Source: a virus
Direction: 5' to 3' (one strand)
DNA: 64,000 nucleotides
IMG/VR virus record: IMGVR_UViG_3300015241_000149
Location: 2,854 to 66,853 of that record
Part shown: positions 59,826-64,000 of the stretch, in pieces
How positions within the stretch are numbered: the stretch's first letter is position 1
Layout of the letters: each line of letters starts with the position of its first letter
Notes under the pieces: model-generated
Databases searched by the model: none
The model's input: only the letters and a program-made list of their open reading frames with translations
Told to the model about the DNA's origin: nothing
Made by a program: the position numbers and the translations under genes

Positions 59826-59857
59826 GCGCTGGCCCCTTCCATGATCGAGTTGTACTA

Positions 59858-59892
59858 CCAGGTTGACAAATGGGGCCTGCGGACCGCATGCT
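59858..59892 (+). promoter_or_regulatory. promoter antisense to the late operon
   Basis: CCAGG-TTGACA(59863)-18 nt-CATGCT(59887). Confidence 0.6.
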
Positions 59893-59898
59893 GTACAA

Positions 59899-60128
59899 GA
59901 TTTCCTTGGTCCGAAATCAACTGAGTGATGTGCAGACAGATGGCCCCCGCTGGCTCTGGGCGGGGGCCATCTTCTATCCTCGGCTCCGGAAAACCCCTGA
60001 TCGGGGATCTCGGGCTACCCGTCCGCCGATCAGGGGTTTTCCGCTGTCTCTGAGTGGGGACTATCCTCGACCTCGGAAAGCCCCTGATCGGGTTCTTGGA
60101 CGCGTCGATCCCGGTCGGGGGTTTTCCG
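59899..60128 (+). ncRNA. four-hairpin non-coding RNA including two repeat units 87 nt apart
   Basis: Stems at 59899-59918, 59938-59972, 59987-60043, 60074-60128; four G-U pairs valid only on + strand. Confidence 0.65.
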
Positions 60129-60130
60129 CG

Positions 60131-61765
60131 TCACCAGATGTTGAAGCCGCCAGTGTCGCCGAACCCGTGACCGTGCTCCAGGGCCCAACCCCGGCCTTCC
60201 AGGGCCAACAACGCGGCCACGAACGGGGAAATGGTCCGCGCGTCCTTGCGCACCACCCGCTGGTAGTACTCCGGCATCCCCGCCGCGCGTTCCTCGGCCG
60301 ACGGGCGGCGCTTGCCGTGCGCCAACGCGGTGGCCGCCGCCGCCCTGGACAGCTCCTCGCAGCCATCGTGGGTGAACATCTCGTTCTCACCCTTGGCCCG
60401 ATGCGCGGTGGTGAACCGCTCGATCACCGCGTCCATCCGAGCTTCGCTGTTCAGCGGGAAGCTCATGATCCGGATCCGCTCCTCGCCCTGGTAGGTGGGC
60501 GGCTGGTCGTAGAGCCCAGACCAGGTGTCGAGCTCGTCTTGCCAACCGTGCGGCGCGGCGAACATCACGATGACGTCGTAGGCGGTGAACGCGTCCTGTA
60601 CCGCCTCGTGCACCTGCGGACGTGGGATAACCCAGTCGGAGGGAGCGCCGATTGGCTTGTCCCACGTCCGCAAGTGGGTGGTGAACCCGTCGGAGAGCCT
60701 TGCCGCCACCAGGGACGTCGAATCCCGGTTCTGCGAGCCGTGAAAGCCGAGCGCGACCTGATCCCCGGGCTTGAGGCTCAACTCGCCCCGGGCCTGCGCC
60801 ACCCACTTGATCATGTCGACCGCGTCGCTACTGCCGACGCTGATTTCGTTGAGGAAGAACCGCCGTGCCTCACCCTCGCCGGTCGCCGGGTCCCGGATCT
60901 CGGCGATGATGCGCTCAGGGCGCACCCAGCCGCCCCGGGAGATGGACGAATCGCCGTAGACGTACTCGACCTCGCGCGACAGGGCCGCGTCGTCATCCAG
61001 GTCGATGCGGCCTCGCGGCGGGCGGTAATCGATGTAGACCCCGGGGGCCTTCGCCTGATACGTCAGCTGCGCGACCGAGCCCTGCCCGGGGTCCCAGGCG
61101 TTGGTGATCTCCAGCCAGCGGCCGTCCATGCCGGCGGCGTTACGTTTCATCGCCCGAGCCATCTTCAACCCACCCGAGGTCTCCGTCATCAGATGCGACT
61201 CGGTGAGGGTGAAAAACGTCAATCGGGCGCCCAATCGAGCCCTCGCGGACGCCGTTACCGGCTCTATTCTCCCGCCATCTGGCAAATTAATTCGGGACTC
61301 TCCAACGTCCAACCCCGGTGTCGAACTGACCGGACCACCGCGCAGCATAGCCACGATTGGCCGGAACGTATTGTCGGTCTGTTCCTCAGCGTTTCCGGCG
61401 CACTGGATCCACGGAGTGGGCATCGGCATTCCGACGGGCTCCCCAGCGGCATCCCAGCCAGCGAAACGGACAGGCCCGAGGGCTTCGGCGCAGACACGAG
61501 CGGCTCCCAGGGGGTCTTTTCCCCACTTCTGGGGTCGAATGAGCGCCGCACCGTAGTACTGGAAGGCCAATGAGCCCATTTCGGGAGTGGCGTCGGGGAT
61601 CAGGCGGTAGGTCTGGAGGATATGGCGCCACATCTCATCGGTAAGCAGATAGGGCCGCCCCTGACGCGTCCCGTCGGGCACGATCAGGTTGTCCTCGATC
61701 CAGTCCCCGACCTCGTACCCCAGGCTCGGGTACTCGCCCTTACGTCTCGGACCACGCCAGGGCAC
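60131..61765 (-). CDS. large terminase subunit (canonical position) with degenerate nuclease motifs
   Basis: RPQKWGKDP Walker A, EEQTDNTF, ITNAWDPG, RRFFLN; GFHGS / FAAP / TISP where Asp is expected. Confidence 0.9.
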   Translation of the reverse strand: MPWRGPRRKGEYPSLGYEVGDWIEDNLIVPDGTRQGRPYLLTDEMWRHILQTYRLIPDATPEMGSLAFQYYGAALIRPQKWGKDPLGAARVCAEALGPVRFAGWDAAGEPVGMPMPTPWIQCAGNAEEQTDNTFRPIVAMLRGGPVSSTPGLDVGESRINLPDGGRIEPVTASARARLGARLTFFTLTESHLMTETSGGLKMARAMKRNAAGMDGRWLEITNAWDPGQGSVAQLTYQAKAPGVYIDYRPPRGRIDLDDDAALSREVEYVYGDSSISRGGWVRPERIIAEIRDPATGEGEARRFFLNEISVGSSDAVDMIKWVAQARGELSLKPGDQVALGFHGSQNRDSTSLVAARLSDGFTTHLRTWDKPIGAPSDWVIPRPQVHEAVQDAFTAYDVIVMFAAPHGWQDELDTWSGLYDQPPTYQGEERIRIMSFPLNSEARMDAVIERFTTAHRAKGENEMFTHDGCEELSRAAAATALAHGKRRPSAEERAAGMPEYYQRVVRKDARTISPFVAALLALEGRGWALEHGHGFGDTGGFNIW

Positions 61766-62545
61766 GATAAGCCTCTTCGGTGCTCAGCTCGGGCCCGTCG
61801 GCGGCGCTACGCAGCTCCGGCGGGATCTTCTCGGTTGGGACATCTCTCCAGTGCCGCAGCTCGCGCAGCCGACGCAGCCGCGCGGGAGTCCATTCGCCGC
61901 TGCGGAACAGCTCGACGTACTCCCGGCGCTCGCGCAGGCCCATCAGTTCCCCTCCATCAGTCCTCCGACAAGTACAGAACCAGGTCGCAAGTGGCCGACC
62001 CAGTGGTGCGGTCGACGTAGAGCCCCGTGATGAAGGTGGGCCCGGGAACCAGCGCGGTTTGCGACTCACCAGACGCGTACCCGATGAGCGCAATCGGCGT
62101 GCCACCGGTGCTAGTGCCGTCCCGCAGCGTCACCTTGGCCGCCGTCGCGGCTGTGTCGCGCACCGACCAGCCGAACAGGACGCCTCGGCCGGTGTACGCC
62201 TGTACGTTCGTAGCTCCGGCCGGCACGGAGATAGACAGCGCCATGTCAGATGCTGGTTGCGATGAAGGTGCTGCCCGACATCTGCGCGTTCGGTACGACC
62301 AGCCACGACCCGTAGTTGAAGCCGACCCAGTCGTTTGGGTTCACAGTCAGCACCTGGCCTGAAGAGACGATGCACAGCGCAATAGTCGGCGCACCCACCG
62401 TGGCCACCACCTCGAACCCGGCCGGCAGTACTGCTGCCCAATCAGCAGCAAACGCGGTCTTGAATGCTGCTAGTGAACCCGACACGTATTGGGTGAAGCT
62501 GTACCGCTTGACATCCGAGGTTTTGACGTACTCGCTGGTGGCCAC
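61740..62545 (-). CDS. three small genes between terS and terL (61740-61943, 61957-62244, 62246-62545)
   Basis: RBS GGAGG before 61943; beta-rich small proteins. Confidence 0.65.
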
Positions 62546-62554
62546 AAGGCGCCC

Positions 62555-62996
62555 CTATTCTTCGAACCAGATGTTGACCGAGAACTCTCCGCCGTTTGAA
62601 CCATCAGCCACGAGGACCCCGATGGAATTTCCGGGATTTACAGTAATGCCCTGGCCATCCCCGAAGTCACGCACAACAGACTCACTATTACTCATTGCCC
62701 AACTCGTCACAGATGCCAAAGTTGTCGAAATGCTCAAGGCGCCCGTCATCGCGGTTGCCTGTGCGGTAACAGCAGACTGATCCACCACCGACACCACCGT
62801 AACCGCGACACCTGGAGTTGGCGTGGAGCAGCGGGACAAGGTGGCGAACCCTTCCAGGTGATTAGCCACATTATTCTTGTAATAGCTAATCTCAACCCGA
62901 CGTATAATCAGGCCAGTAGCCCCAGCCCGTCAAAATTATCGACCACGGATTCGGCCCCGGCAGCCCCAAACCATTGACTGTATACTGGCTGCTCAT
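62555..62996 (-). pseudogene. frameshifted virion accessory gene (single-base insertion or sequencing error)
   Basis: ATG 62996 with AAGGA RBS; span 442 nt = 147 codons + 1; removing one G near 62926-62928 joins SIILT to AGATGLIIRRVEIS...WFEE. Confidence 0.65.
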
Positions 62997-63010
62997 GTAT
63001 TTCCTTACCC

Positions 63011-63355
63011 TTAGTCAACTGGGAACGGGTCGGGCACGCGGGCGCCCAGGTCAATCTCTCGGTGCACGGTGATCTGTTCGCCGTCCCGCTCGCCGTACTC
63101 CAGCCAGACGATCTTGTTCTCGATGTCCGTGTCCGCCTCGCCCTGGCGCTGTACCCAGTGCGTGAGCAGCACCTCGGCCGGGTCGATGCCGTGCGCGGTG
63201 AACCAGGCTTGCCACAACTCCCGGTGCGCCCGGTTCTCGTGGTTGATGTCTTCCCGGAAGTAGTCCCGCACGTGGTAGTGCCCGTCGTCGGTGCAGCCGT
63301 GGTCAGGGCCCTTTGCCGCGTGCCGGCAGCGTCGCAGGTTGGTACGCCGCTTCAC
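63011..63355 (-). CDS. hypothetical protein
   Basis: 114-aa ORF, WFTAHGIDP. Confidence 0.6.
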   Translation of the reverse strand: MKRRTNLRRCRHAAKGPDHGCTDDGHYHVRDYFREDINHENRAHRELWQAWFTAHGIDPAEVLLTHWVQRQGEADTDIENKIVWLEYGERDGEQITVHREIDLGARVPDPFPVD

Positions 63356-63458
63356 GCCGCGTCCAGCTCGGGCTCAGGAGGGGGAGGGGGGTTGAGCAAA
63401 CGCTTCTGCTCGCCGGACAGGCCCTCGCCGTAGAACTCCTCCAGCGGCGCCCAGTCGC

Positions 63459-63914
63459 TCATACCGCCTCATCCACCGCCGCGACCCGGTGCCCACGCTC
63501 CACGACGACCTCATCGCGGCGCCAGTCAGAGAGCTCATCGTGCGCGGTTTCCCAGTTCAACCGCAGCATCGCCGACGGGGTGAGCCCCAACTGGCCCTCC
63601 AGCTGTCTAGCCTCGCTGACCAGATTGGACTGTGCCATCGACAACTTGCCGATCATGTTCTCAGCGGCGATGGAGATCCGTACGTACCGAGCGACGATGG
63701 GCCCAATGTCCAGCTTGATCAATTCAGCCGCCGCCGGTGTGCGCCACACCCAGGACCACTTTCGCATCTCCATGGCGGAGCACTCTTCCAGTGGCCATTG
63801 CGGAATAGGGCCTGTGTAACCCTCATTCGGAAGGACCGCTCGCGCCATAGAGGGGGCATTCGTACGGCGCCGTAGAGAAGGGTCCTTGCTCAGTGGACCT
63901 CGGGATCCGCTCAT
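63459..63914 (-). CDS. small terminase subunit
   Basis: RGPLSK...RRRTN, P.WPL, W...WRTP.A, E.R.LE..LGLTP..M.RL.W; AGGAGG RBS. Confidence 0.88.
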   Translation of the reverse strand: MSGSRGPLSKDPSLRRRTNAPSMARAVLPNEGYTGPIPQWPLEECSAMEMRKWSWVWRTPAAAELIKLDIGPIVARYVRISIAAENMIGKLSMAQSNLVSEARQLEGQLGLTPSAMLRLNWETAHDELSDWRRDEVVVERGHRVAAVDEAV

Positions 63915-64000
63915 TTCGACACCTCCTTTGTTTTCTATTCAAAACCCGTATTCTGCGTTATCGAATTGAATACCCGTACATATCGCGTTGCAGCGATAAG

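Noticed and set aside
59870-61573. 567-aa + strand ORF and other long antisense ORFs (7679-9196, 11358-13007, 41979-43376, 50010-51452, 56019-57479)
   Set aside because: Shadow frames of motif-bearing genes in high-GC DNA; no motifs of their own.
1-64000. Integrase, DNA polymerase, reverse transcriptase/DGR, transposase
   Set aside because: No supporting motifs seen; lifestyle cannot be determined from this window.

Overview
A ~64 kb, high-GC, gene-dense stretch that looks like most of an actinobacterial long-tailed phage (or prophage) genome. Read on the - strand from the right end, the order is: small terminase, accessory virion genes, large terminase, HK97-type portal/protease/capsid, neck and tail genes (GGGAAAA -1 frameshift chaperone, 1689-aa tape measure), lysis genes interleaved with a class F sortase, and a fibre-like cassette with a 20-aa repeat protein. 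Next come a + strand membrane/lipoprotein operon and a + strand operon carrying a SECOND terminase pair. A long - strand early operon follows (SSB-like, PD-(D/E)XK exonuclease, SF2 helicase, Endo VII, Prim-Pol/helicase with a GGTTCCC repeat origin candidate), then a papain-like peptidase, an odd tRNA-like gene and an HNH. No integrase, DNA polymerase, reverse transcriptase or CRISPR array was seen. Best leads: (1) the canonical TerL has substitutions at three expected nuclease aspartates while a second, unrelated TerS/TerL pair with intact motifs lies about 35 kb away; (2) a promoter-driven antisense multi-hairpin RNA between terL and portal whose loops are complementary to the RBS regions of the capsid gene and other genes; (3) a tRNA-like gene with a ~40-nt hairpin in the D-loop; (4) single genes bracketed by 15-23 nt direct repeats at stop/start junctions; (5) a phage-borne sortase next to a candidate substrate; (6) a tail-hub gene split by nested insertions. 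All family calls are by eye from motifs and synteny; no searches were run.
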